A stretch of 64,000 nt of DNA, from NCBI GenBank assembly GCA_001643675.2, contig LSRY02000031.1, forward strand, positions 744,001 through 808,000, written 5' to 3'. The first letter of the stretch is position 1; each line of letters begins with the position of its first letter. Shown here in pieces: positions 1 to 12,735 of the stretch. Made by a program: the position numbers and the translations under genes. Source of the DNA: Monocercomonoides exilis PA203. Its lineage: Eukaryota > Protista > Preaxostyla. The notes below the pieces were generated by a model. The model was not told the origin of the DNA and did not search any database. It saw only the letters and a list, made by a program, of their open reading frames with translations.

Positions 1-996
1 AATGAAGAATTATGCTTTAAACGTTTATGCATGAATCAGAATTAATGTTTGCAAGTTGTATTAAGTGTTTATTTTCCTGAATAATGTTGAATGTGTTGTT
101 ATGCGCATTTGAATATTCATGTTTTAATTAAGGCTGACAAAATGAAAATGCAGAACAAAATGATCGAGCAACAAACAGAGATATACCTTATAGTTTTGAA
201 GAAGAAGAAATCTGTTTTCAGCAAGATGAAGAAAAGTGAGGAAATGGTTTTTTTAAAAGAAAGAAAGACTGGTGAGAAAAAGTGGAAATACGAAAATTGA
301 GAGTGCTCATGATTCGCAAAACTCCAAACGGTAATTCTGGTTGAGGGAATGCTTAAGTTGAAAGATATTCTTTTATCTTAGAAAAGGAATTTAAAGAGGT
401 AAATGAGGAAAGGAAAAAACAGAAATTGGGAATGCCATATGTTTCTTTTTTTGTTGGAAAGAGGTGAAGGGGCAAGTTGAATGTTTGAAGGATTCAGTGG
501 AAACTCCTTGCCAGAAGAATGTGCAACCAAAGAAGAATAATTCAGATTCACACGTGTTTCAACAAGAGTCCTTGTATTTGTTATCGTTAACCTTCATAAT
601 TCTAAATATCAAATAATCTCATCTATAACTTCTTCTTCTTCTTCATATCCTTCGGCTTGCAATGATCTCTTCCTGCCTTCTCATTCTCACTATAACTTGA
701 AAGGATTCAACGCAGAAACACTCAAAAACGCATTTATTCTCCATCAATGAAATACAGCTGCTCACGTGTTGTAGAAAGCAATGGCTCATTTTCATCGTTT
801 CTTCATTTTTCTTCTTCTTCCAGATCAAATCCCATCTTCCTTATATATTTCATCAGTCTGATCTGGAGCAGCACGCCAATCAACTTTGCCATTTTGGAGT
901 CGGAGAAGTGAAGAGAAGAAGGCAGCGAGGGATGAAAAGCCATTGTAATCTTCATCTTCATCTTCAGCGCCTTTATTTGACCCTTCGGATGCGTCG

Positions 997-2051
997 GTGG
1001 TGGAGGCGTCATACACGTCGACAGCAGCGATGGACGACATCCAGAGGCAGCTGAGGATTGTAGTTTCTGAGGTGGCTGGGGCGTTTGCGCGGAATATACC
1101 GCTGTCGCTGCAGACTCTGCGGGGATATGTTACGGTGCGGAGGGAGGTGCTGTATGGAGGTGTTGTGTGTGCCTGCTATGTGGAGCTTTCCTCGATGCTT
1201 TCGGTTCCGCTTGTGGCACCGCTTCCGTCGCTTGCAGCGTCGGTAGGCACGAAGTCGGGGAGAAAGCGGATCTTTGCGGAGGTAGATGTGAATGCGTTCT
1301 TGGAAGTTATAATCTGTTTGATCCTTCGCTGCTGCCGTCGGCGATAGCGCGGCTGGTGTCGCGATCGCCGCAGTCGAAGCGTGTGGTGTTGAAGAAGGTG
1401 TAAGATGAAGTGATGGGGCGAGGGGTTGCAGTTTGTGAAGTGGGGGAGATTGCGGAGATGGGGTTGTCGGTAGCGGGGCTGAGGATGAAAGATGTGGTTT
1501 TGTCGCTTGCAGCGATTGAGCTGGTGGTGATGGAGGAGCGAGAAGAGGTAGATGAAGGAGTAAGGGGAGGCAAAGAGTGAGGCAAAGAGGGAGAAGAATA
1601 TGGAGGTGATGGGAATGAGGAAAAAGGCAGGTATCCGACAGCGCACAGAGAGTTTGTGGAAAGAATCAAAGAAAACCAGGGGAAGCTGGAAGAAGCGACG
1701 GCGCCGCTGGTTGTGGAGGCGCTTGGGCTGAGTGGGCTGAGGTTTGTGAAGTCTGGGGTTGGTACAGAGGATGGGGCTGAGGCGGGTTCAGACAAGCAGC
1801 GTTCTGTGGAACCAGAAGTATGCAGTTCTTCTCCATCTGATGTAATCCAACAGGAGATCTCAAGAGCAGCAGAAGAAGAAGCAGATGGGTCTTTTGACAT
1901 AACTTCAGATAGAAGTTCAGAGGGAATGGGGAAAGATGAGGAACAGGTGGAAATGTCGAAAAGTGGTTTGGAGATGAATGAGGAATCAGGGAGAGAGGGT
2001 AATTCGATTGATTTGGAGGAAGAAGAGAAGAAACAGATGATAAATGATTGA
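997..2051 (+). pseudogene. GC-rich degenerate coding relic, family unknown
   Basis: GC-rich island in AT-rich surroundings. Short + strand ORFs (997-1347, 1167-1403, 1656-2051) read as one protein-like text broken by stops and a frame change. No recognisable motif. Confidence 0.3.
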
Positions 2052-4179
2052 GGAAAGACACACACAACAAAGCATTCCCGTATTTTCAAAAGCCAAAAGA
2101 ACATATTCTCAAAAGTTAAAGAATATAACTGGGGATGAATTATGTGACACATTTTATGAACCAGAAAAGTCACCTGGGTCATTTTGTGGGGAAGAAACTC
2201 TGCCTCTTCTGCCACCTTTGGGAGAACAGAGGGAAGAAGGCGGGGAAGGGAAGAGAGGAGCGGCAAATAATCGTATTCTTTGTTGGCGCAATGACATTCG
2301 GAATTTTGGGAAAGGGAATGAGAAGGAGAAGGAGGATGATGCTCGCTCATCACAACCACAATCTCATTTTCCTTCAGATTCTTTCCATTCACCCACTTCT
2401 CCTCCTCATTCCTCACCATCTTCTCCTTCTGCGCCATCTTCACCATCATCTACTTCAAATGCATTGAATGTTGGGAGTCGGCCTCATTTTGAACATCCAC
2501 GCAGCAGTGCTTCTGTTACGATGCAACAAGAAGAATGCAAACAGATTCCTCCATCATCATCATCATCATCATCTTCTTCTTCTTCTTCTTCTTCTTCTTC
2601 TTCTTCTTCTTCTTCATATTCCTCTTCATATATGATCTCGAATTCGAGTAGTTGTGATTGCGATTGCAATTGTTCATCGGCCAGCCAGCCATCTGCATCG
2701 CAATTGTTTCTGTCTGGCAGCACACAATTTGAGACTGTCTACCACACGCCGATTCTGTCAAAGATCCCACTTTTGGAGCACTTGTGAAGGATCTGCTTGC
2801 TCCTGTGTGTAAATGCCTTCTCCGCCTCTACACTCTTCAGATGCACTGCCTCTTCCTCTTCTTCGATCTCTTCCTCTTCATCTTCTTCGCTTTTATTTTT
2901 CTCAGCATTTTCATCACCGTTATGGATATCGTCACTTTCTCCTCCATCAACATCATCTTCCTTCTCATCATCTTCTTCAATCACAGTTTGTTTCATGTCT
3001 CCATTCGGATGATTATCTTTATTTGACTCAGCCACATCCAAATGTTTGCTGTTTGGCGAGCTATGTTAATTTTTGGATGAGTTGAGAAATGAAAAAGAAA
3101 CTGGATCAAAAGGAGATGAGAAAGAAATGGCCAGAGAAATAACAGAAGGGCAATATAAATATGAAGAAGGAAAAGAAGACGAATATTCAGAGAAGAGGAG
3201 GGAGAATGAGAAAATTGGATTGATGATTGATGATTGGACTGTGAAAGAGGAAAGGGAAAAGCAGAAACGGAAATGATGATTGTATTTCTCCAATGGGTTC
3301 TATTTCTCCGAAATCTTCATCTTCTTTCTTCTTTCTTCTTCCTCGTCTGATTTATCATCAACTCCAACATCAAAACAAGCAAAATTATCTTCAATGCCTT
3401 CTTTTATTCTTTTTCATGTTCTCCTTCTTCTCCTTCTTCTCTTTTCCTGCCCCTCCTCCTCCTTTCTGTTACTGCATGTGCAAGCCTTGTGTAGAAAGCA
3501 TCAATTTGTGATGTGCTAAACTCGTCTTTCTCTTTCGTTTTCATCTTCGCCTTTGACTCTTCCTGCGGTTTCCCTTTCCACTGCTCTGCGCTCAATTTGC
3601 TTCTGAAATCCACCAATTTTTGTTTCATCCATATGAGCATGCTCTCTTTTCTCTTCACCTTTTGGTGTTGTTCCAACAAAAGAGGACGAGTGAGATGCAC
3701 TTGGCAGTTCGTATCTCCTCTCATTATCCATTCACCACATTCAACATAGCTAGTGCACTGAAGAAAAATGAAGAGCTAAAGCAGAGATGGATGCTCCACT
3801 GAAGAAGAGGAAAGCAATTCAGATTCACACCCAGCTAAGCTGCATAAGGTATTAATGGAGATGATGATGCTGCTTCTGACAATGACGACGAAGAAGAATA
3901 AGGAGTGGAAGGAGTGGAGGTGATACAGGGTGATCTGAAAGACGATAGAAGTAATCATGAACGCTGAGCAGATTCAAGCATTTCATCTCTTTCAGCTGAA
4001 AGAGAAGAGTCTGTCTTGTCTTGTCTTGCCAATAAACTGCCCATGCAATCAGAGCGAATCCGTAAAGATAGCAGGAAAATTGCAGTCTTCGGCTATGTGT
4101 TTCCTATTGTTTTCAAAGCAATTTGACAAATACTGTTGGCTTGAGTTTCTTAATGTGTTTAAATCGATACTCACATTAC

Positions 4180-4690
4180 ATACCATCAATTGCCCGCTTG
4201 CCACACTCATTACACACAGATTGCTCGCATCATCTCCATTCACTCCAGTATAATGATCCTTCATCCCCTCTTTCAGTCAATCCTTCTTTTCTGTATGCTG
4301 ATATGCTCCATTTATCCAATAGCACACTCTCTTATCATTAGTATTTGTTGTGTACGATTCATAGAACGGATTGCTCAAAGAAAGGAGATTGTATCGATCT
4401 TCAAAATGAACATCGTGGACATATGGAGTGGAAGCGTTGCAACTGCAATCGTGGAAGAAGAAATAACAATAATGATTGCTGCTTGGAGCTGTTTGTTGGT
4501 TTAGATAAAAATACAATCCTTCACCATTGTACGATGCGGAACACGAAATAAATTGGAGGCTCCTCATTTTGAATGCAGAAAGTACATTGAAACAATGCAT
4601 CGCAACTCCAAATTGATTTGTTAGAAAACAAGAAGTGAACTAGCACTCAAACACACAAGCGCTCTCCCCTTTACCACTTTCTGTTCCAAC
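4180..4690 (-). pseudogene. Fragment of Cys/Gly-rich beta-helix surface-protein family
   Basis: Translates as GKGESACVFE...FKMRSLQFISCSA...YFFFHDCSC...PYVHDVHFED...NPFYESYTTNTNDKRVC...QHTEKKD*LKEGMKD. Collinear with ORF 32018-32719. Has an in-frame stop at a conserved Trp and is truncated at both ends. Confidence 0.75.
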
Positions 4691-5951
4691 AAAGATAGGA
4701 AAATCTGAAAATTTCTGGGAAGAAATCATTTTTCTTTATTCTGCTTTGAACTTTTGATTATTCAATTTACAGATTTACGGAGTTGTATAAAAAATCAAAG
4801 TTTAAAGTCCCTTTCATCGTTTTATAAATGTTTCTTCTTTCATTGTGTAAAACCGTTCAAATATTGCATATCACCTGTTCTGTTTATATTTTGATAAGTA
4901 TCGTTTTTAAGGTTTTGTAGAATAAATTGTCATTCCATTCTATCTCCAAACATTTGGTGCAAATTCTCAGTTTTTCTTTTAATTGTTTGAGACCATAACT
5001 GTTTGAAAAAAACTTATCAGTATTGAACTTCCATGAATTAATATTATTTGATTATCTTTTCGCGTTCAAAAATTTCAGCACTTCCAAATCGGCAAAAAGG
5101 ATCAGAAAAAAATTTGTTGATGGATCAATTGGAATAAGCTTTGATCTTTTTGGAATAAATTTGTTTTATTTTAATTAATCTTTTTATTTCAATAAATTTT
5201 TATAATTCCAATTCCATCTGTTGATGAAAGAATTGGATAACAATATTTTTTTTCAAAGAAATCTCATTCTTTTCAAACATCACAAAATACTGAACATTGA
5301 TTTCTAAACATTTGAAACCAATAACGAAAAAACAACAAATCTCTCATTCCTTTTTTCTTTTGAATGGAAAAGTATTCATTTTTGTAAAAATAGTCAAACA
5401 AATAATATGTTCAGTTTTTTTTTTTTTTTTATTTTAGTATTTTCCAAAGATTTTCCTTTCTTCTCCAATATTATTTTTTTGAAAGAAGCAAACTTGCCTA
5501 TTCTTTCACACAAAAATTTTTGGAAAAAAAATTCTATTCAACTTTAAAATTTTGGAAAATACATTTTGAAGTGACTCTCAAATCTGACTACAAACAATTA
5601 AAAAAAACGCTTTTTGAAAATGCCAAACCAAACAAAAAAACCATTCAACTGTCACCCGCAAAAATTTAGTGATGTGAAATTGTTTCAACAGGACACAAAT
5701 GAATGGCTCAATTGAAAAATTAGAAAAAAAAAAAATAAAAGCAATAAAAAAAGAATTATGCCTTTTCCCTCTCTCTAAACAAGAGAGGGATTCAACAAAA
5801 ATAAATAAAAAAGAAATACAATCTGCTTCATTCTCGATAGTCCCCAAAAATATCAAAGCATTTCAAAACACAAATTTGAAACAATAATTTTGCTTACAAA
5901 AACACTAAATACTCTTTTAGACTTTCTCTCATTATACGAAACATTTTGAAG

Positions 5952-7316
5952 CTATTTTTTTCCCATATGTCGAAAACTGTTGATGATGTCTTCGTATCCT
6001 TGCTCTTCAAACTTTTCAAGTGCTTCTCTTTTCAAAGCTTTCTCTTTTGTTCCCTTTTGCTGAACATCATCCTCTAATCCTCTTGAAATATATAAAAATA
6101 ATTCCAGAGACTCACTTGAAATTGTCTTCTTCAATGTTGATTGCTGAATATCCTCCAAAAAGAGAACTAATATATCACTCTCCAAAATAGAGAAATCGTA
6201 AATTGACAAGTACACCTGTCGATGAAAATACTTTATAATTGCATCAGATAATTCTGGTTCATCATTCCTTGATGCTCTGCATAGCTTGACAAGGCAGCAA
6301 ATCAGTTCATCAAATTTCCCTTTCAACGTTCTGTAATGCAAAGGCATATTACTGATTGTGTTGATCCATCTTTTCATCACTGAAACTTCTTTTTGCTCTT
6401 TCCAATTCTCTTTTTCCTTCTTCCAATTTACACACTTTGACAGCTCTTCAAGTTCTCTTTTTGCTTCTTTTCCAAAATGTAGCTCATTCACAATTACTTC
6501 ATTCAAGCTTTTGTCAGTGTCCAATCTGTTTCCCAGAAACTGCCAAACAGACTGATATGCAAGTCGAGTCAAGTTGTGATGATCCTGGTGATACTTGATG
6601 ATTTCTGTGACCTCATTCAAATACAGTTCTTTTTCAACCCTCTATTCAAATACAAGAAAGAAATGAAAATGTCAAAAGGAACAGAAATGTTCATACGCAA
6701 TGTTTGTTAATGTTGCTTAGAGCCAACAAAGCCATTTCCACTTCTTTTTGCGCTTCTTCGTTTTCCTCTTTGATCTGTGCAACATTCAGCAAGCTTGACA
6801 CACAATATGAATAAACATCCTTTGGAAAAGTTTCAGATTCCATTGTCATGCTTAGAAAACATTCGATAAGATCGATAAGAAGCTTTTCATTCTTTTCTTC
6901 TTTTCTTCTTTTTTCTTTAAAAATCATCCTTCTAAATATGTCTCCAAGTGAAGAAACATCGAAACTTTCATCGGTGATCAAGAACAATAATTTGAAATAG
7001 CCCATGTTTCTAAAAAACAATGTTGCATTTTCGGCTGTCATTTTATCATGATTGATCAATTCATTTATATCTCCAAATAATGTCACAGACATGACATAAT
7101 CCAAATCATTTTTGTTCATTTCATCAATCATCCCATTCATCTCCATGATTTTCTGCTTTTGTTCCGCTTCATTAAGTTTTGGCAACTTTATGCCAAAACC
7201 TGTTGTTAAAATTAATAAGTACTCTCTATTCAAAAAAAAAAAAAAAAAAGCAAAAACAAACTTATAAATTTTCCAATCAGTTCTCTATTCAATCTTTTCT
7301 TTGCAATTGAACTCAT
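5952..7316 (-). CDS. ARM/HEAT-like helical protein of an expanded lineage-specific family; exons 7316-7262, 7199-6697, 6641-5952
   Basis: GT..AG introns join ORFs 6691-7233 and 5952-6620 in frame (..KHC|RVEKELYLNEVTEIIKYHQDHHNLTRLAYQSVWQFL). Family motifs EQKQKIMEMN, EKNEKLLIDLIECF and QKEVEMALLALS are present. Confidence 0.75.
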
Positions 7317-8028
7317 TTCGATTGTGGTATATTCTGGACAAGTGAAAAGAAATGGCAATTCAATTTACGAAATGATTGACAGAAACAAACATCTTCCTTA
7401 TCCTTCAAAAACCTTTGAGAATAATGACAGATCAAATGGATTAGCCTGATAAAAATATGATATTATTGGAAAAAGAAGAGGTAAAACCGGTCAATATGCT
7501 TTGGCTAGAGGATCAATAAGATCCTTTTTTCTCCTTGCGATCAATCCTATAATAAAGATCATTATCATGAAGATTATTTCGTTAAACTTCTCAGTTAATA
7601 ACACATGAATGTTCTTTCAATGCTTTTAAATTGATGAAATAATACACAGTTATATTGGTTTTCTTTCTCCAAAAATATCTCGAATTTTATTCCGATTTAA
7701 AAAAAAGAAAAGAGTATCGTTGAAGAAAACTCCGATTTCTTTAAGAAAAAGCTTTTCATCTGCAAATAAGCCTTTTTTGTTTTCGCATTTTGAAAAGAAA
7801 GCAAAATTGTTTGAGCAAAATTATTTATATTGCATATTTTAGAAACTTATGTAAAGAGAAGTGAGCGTCCAAAGGATGAAATCTGAATAAACTTTTTTCA
7901 TTCAAATAAACAGACTTCATTCGAATAAACTATCACTATCTTGAATATAACATTTTATCCCTCCTCATTTGTCTCGTTCAAAAATTTCAATATCATTTCT
8001 ATCTGTCATTTCAAAAAATTATTGTGTG

Positions 8029-9320
8029 GGCACAATCCCAATAGGTGGACATAACCCATTATAAAATATGGAAAATTCAAATAAAAAATCAGAAATATCC
8101 AAATTGATCCAAACCTTCAACGATGAAGATAAAACTTTTGATTTTCTTGTTGAAAGGAATTTGGTTAAGAAACAAATTAACTGCAGCAAATACAAAAAGA
8201 TGATTGGATTCAAAAAAGAAGCAGATGAAAGATTTCGCTACCGTTGCCAGCACCAATCAGTCAGCTTAAGGAAAAATACAATTTTTGAAAATATTCGAAT
8301 AAAAATGCATCAATTTATGAAATTGTCACTACACTTTTGGATAAATATTACGGCAAAACAGGCAACTTTACTTACAAATCTATCCAAAAACACGGTTTAC
8401 CATATTTATTCTCTTTTTAGGAGCGCTGTGTCCCGGGAAATGCAGATTATGAAGAGAAGGATTGGTGGAGTCAATAGAATAGTTCAAATAGATGAGATGC
8501 CATTATTTCGCAGAAAATATAAAAAAGGAAGAAAAAAACCTCAGCAGTGGGTTTTCGGTGGCATTGGAGAACCTCAAACAGGAAAAGGAAAAAGCAATAT
8601 GTTTTTTTGGAAATGGTTCCAGATAGAAAAAAGCACACTTTGCATTCTTCAGAAAGAAGGACATTTATTTGGGTTCAATAATCAACAATGACAGCTGGCG
8701 GGCCTACAATTAAATGGAAAATCTTGGTTTCACACATGGGATGGTCCATCACAAAAAAACATGTATTAATAAAGATACAAACACTCACACTGACAGCATA
8801 GAAGGTCTCTAGTCCTTGTTTCGTGAAAGTTTACCACCACATGGAATCAGACATTCTGTAATACAATCAAACATGGATTCTTTCGCTTGCAAAAGGCAAG
8901 AAGACAGCACTTATTACACGTTTTTGGATTCCTTGACCGTCAATAATATTTATTAACAAATGGAAGTTTGAATTTTTAATTTTTAAATCAATTAACTTTT
9001 TTTTTCTTTTTTCAGATGAAATAAATAATATAGATGAATCAGAATGCAGCAAGTTAAAGCACATCACATGCTGAGTTATTGTTTTCTATTCATTCATTTT
9101 TCAAGCCATTCAGTGTTATTCTTTATTATTTTTTTATGAACAAACAATAAAAAAAATTTTATTGTCTTATTTTTTATTTTCTAAGCAAATCACCCACCAG
9201 CGCTTTTCATTTTTAACATATCTTCAACAAAAAAACATGATTTTAAAATTTGAATTTATTTCTTTTTTTCTCTTTTCAAATTAAAAATTATGTGTTATGT
9301 CCTCCAATTGGGATTGTACC
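8029..9320 (+). mobile_element. Merlin (IS1595/ISXO2-like) DNA transposon, full length, defective
   Basis: 31-bp TIRs at 8029-8059 (GGCACAATCCCAATAGGTGGACATAACCCAT) and 9290-9320 match at 27/31. Perfect 8-bp TSD ATTGTGTG at 8021-8028 and 9321-9328. Contains a transposase relic. Confidence 0.95.
8068..8900 (+). pseudogene. Merlin/ISXO2-like DDE transposase, disrupted
   Basis: IGGVNRIVQIDE...RRKYKKGR...QWVFGG, then after frameshift(s) near 8600-8670 GSIINNDSWRAYN*MENLGFTHGMVHH...THTDSIEGL*SLFR. These are the D..D..E motifs of DDE_Tnp_IS1595, with two nonsense codons. Confidence 0.9.
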
Positions 9321-11157
9321 ATTGTGTGATTTCTTAATGTTTGTGCAATATGGGACGTAATATTTCGCTTTATGAATTTTGTTCCACTCAATTATTTTTA
9401 ATATTTTTCTCAATTTTTCCTTATTTTCTTTATTATTGTGCATGTGAATGTTAGACTTGAAATGAAACGATAAAGAAAAAGTTTGGAATAAAACTCGTTT
9501 TTTTTTCACAAATGAAATAATTTCGCCCCGTATCTATAAAGGTTGATCTTTTGATGGAAATCGAAATGTTTACGTTGGGGGAGCAATTAATGTTGCTTCA
9601 GAAAGAAGTGCATATCGAATAAATATTACTCTATTTCCCCCCATTTTCTGCAGATGTTCAGATATGCGAGAACTTTTGGATTGAACTGTCCGATGAATTC
9701 TACTTTTTCAATTTTATGATCCATTTCCTCTGCACTTCTTCATTCTCAAAATGTGCCAAACATTTGCTCTACAAGAAGCTTCTGCCAAACACTGTATCCA
9801 CGCAGCAGCAGAACTGATTGCAATCTTTCAACTCATTTCATGTTTCAAGAACAAATATGCCTTCAAATAAATTGTCCCACCGACTTCTCCCACAACCAGC
9901 CAAGCTCATGCTGAACTGATTGAGTCAGTGTTCATTCTTTCCAACCACAAATTACCTCCACACAACATGAAAAAAAATACTACAATTTGACACGAAACAA
10001 TCACACAGGAGCCAAACAATATCAATCAATATACCCTTTGTGGAAAACCAGGAAGTCACAAGTCATAATCATCAGTTTTTTTCAACGTAAAAGTCCTCTC
10101 AATTCATTTTTAATGCTTTTATTTTTGTTTTGTCAGATATTTGCGAATACTTAATTTTGTGTTTGTTAAAAAATGATATGATTTCAATTATTTAATTATT
10201 TTTTATAATTGATCAAAACCATGAAGATGAAAAAATTTGTTGACAAACTCAACTACAGCTTGGAAGAACGGTATCCAAAAAAATATTTCAGCAGACATTG
10301 AAAACAATTTATATTTCTTTTAACATGCAACTATAATTTTAGAACATACATACCTCATGCCTTTTTTTGGAAGAGTGTACATTTTTTGTGATAACCTATC
10401 GAAAAGAAAGTTTGCAGTCTGCTTATTTTTTGTATTATGTTTATTTTATAATTTTTTGTTTTGTATTATTATTTGAATGCTTCAAAAACGAGGTTTGAAC
10501 TGCAAAAATATATGAGTCAAACGGTAAAGTTAATTTGCGTTAAATTTGTTCAACGAAAAATGACACTTTGTTTGTTTGTTATTTAAACAAGCAAGTTGCT
10601 GTTGTGTTAATTTTGATTTGCGTTAGTGCATATTCAGTGAAATTTTTGAAATATTATGTTTATTGAAATTTCTTCAATTCTTTTTAGCAAAATTATTTAT
10701 CTCCAGCTTTTATTATTTTTCTTTAATCTGTACTCAATATGTTGTGTATGTTGTTTATATTTCTTTAAATACTTTTTTGTTACGATAGTATTTATTGATT
10801 TGAAATATGTTGTTTATTTGATAATAAATTGTTCAAGTTGTTTCGAAATGTCAATATTATTTAGTAATTGTGTTGCTTTGATATTTTATATTTAATGATT
10901 GAGATACTGATTGAAATAAAAGATTATTTTATATTTTTATTACGTTTCAAATATGAAAAGTTATTTTTTGAACAAAAAATTTCAAATAATGAAAATAACA
11001 ATAAATATGAAATTGCGAGTGATATTCACCATTCGATATTTTGCATATTATTCCACATTTATATGAAAAATCGTTTATGCAGATTAATGTACGAAATAAT
11101 TCATTTTTTTAATAAAAACAACATATTCCATATCAATAAATATTATTGTTACAAAAA

Positions 11158-11598
11158 AGCACACCAAAAATTATTCAAAATGAGAATTTTTGCAATCGAA
11201 TTAATAATTTTTCAAACGAATTATAAAAATTTTCATTCAAATTAATAATTTTTGCGTTCTCAATGAAAAAAACTTATGTTTTCTTATGAATAAAAATTAT
11301 TTGAAATTATTAATATTTTTGTCAGAATAAAAAAAATTTCAAAAATTTTTCTTCCCGTGAAAGAAAATAATGATAACACAAAATTATTTCCGATTCAAAA
11401 GTGGAAGACTGATTTTCACAAAATTTCGTGAGAGCGCGAAAAAATTTTTGTTAGGTTTTCAACAATTATTAATTCGAATTCAAAAATTATTATTTCGTAT
11501 GAAAAACTTATTAATTTGTTTGCAAAATTATTATTTTGAATTTAAATTTTATTTTTTTGAATGCAAAATTTCTCATTTTGAATAATTTTTGGTGTACC
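11158..11598. mobile_element. MITE-like element (441 bp) with ~40-bp TIRs and subterminal ~21-bp AT-rich repeats
   Basis: Left end AGCACACCAAAAATTATTCAAAATGAGAATTTTTGCA; reverse complement of right end GGTACACCAAAAATTATTCAAAATGAGAAATTTTGCA. No coding capacity. No clear TSD. Confidence 0.75.
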
Positions 11599-12735
11599 TA
11601 ATCAGATTGAAAAAAATATCAAATTGGAGAACAAGCAAATTGAAAATATCAATCAGAAAATAAACAAGCGAACTGACAACTGCAAAATCCATAATTATGA
11701 AAAATTGGAAAAAAAAATCTGAAAATAAAGCAAATTATAAAAACAAGGATTTTCTATTTGACAATGCATAAAAAGTACTGAACGCACCAAGGATGAATTA
11801 GTAATAAGTCATGTGCAAAAAAAAATTTTTTCATATGAATGCTGACAGAAAACACGAAAATAACTGGTTAATCTCGTTGAGACAAGTTGATATCATTGAC
11901 TAAAATATTAAAAAAAAAATATTTGTGAAAATAAAACTGATATACTTCTTCAAAGTCTTCTTCTTCTTCTTTTTTCTAGTTCCGGAAGCAGCTCCATTTG
12001 CCAGATTGAAACACAAGGAAAATTAAAGGCGACAAAGCGAATAATTCACGCAAATGAATGTGAAATTACAACAAAAGAAAACTGTTCTATGATCAATCGG
12101 TGTGAAAAAAAGAACTCAAATAAAATAAAATAAAATATGATAAAATAGAGTGAAAATAAACTGAAATAAATAAATAAAAAAAGAACCGAAAAAAATATGA
12201 GTGTTGAAAATTTTACAATAAATAATAACAAAATTGATCTTTTTGTATTCTTTTTATACAAATCTCTTTTAAAACGCATCGAAAAGCAACATAGAAACGA
12301 AGTTTTACATCAAGACAGAAAGAAATATGGATTTTCAATGAATGACATTGAAATTTAACTTCTACGCAAAAAAGAGATCATCTCTTTATAAAATAAAACA
12401 AATGAAAATAATCAAGTAACAAAAAATTAATTAATAAATAATAATAATATTAAAATACAATGTTAAAATAAATATAAATAAAATAAAACGTTCAAATAAT
12501 CTTTAATTGAAATATCTCAAATCCCCCGCTCCAATTTCAACGCAAATTCTAACTCTGAACGAGTTGAAGTTTATTTCAGCTTTAAAACGAACATAATTAA
12601 ATTCGTTATTATTTATTTATTTATTTATTTATATAATTATAATTAATACACTATTGCCTTCTATTTATATCCTTCTTTTTTTTAATTGCTCCAAAGATGG
12701 TACAAGCCAATCACACATCTGTTCATATTTCTGAT

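Noticed and set aside
539-553. 15-bp AATTCAGATTCACAC repeated at 3816-3830
   Set aside because: Flanks do not align further and no element structure lies between them. Not supportable as a TSD.
7262-7316. MSSIAKKRLNREL resembles the N-terminal helix of E2 ubiquitin-conjugating enzymes
   Set aside because: No UBC core (HPN, catalytic Cys) follows. The exon splices in frame into the ARM-like family gene.
11180-11570. CRISPR-like array in the ~21-bp periodic repeats
   Set aside because: Degenerate AT-rich units without unique spacers, inverted between the halves of a TIR element. Eukaryotic context and no cas genes.
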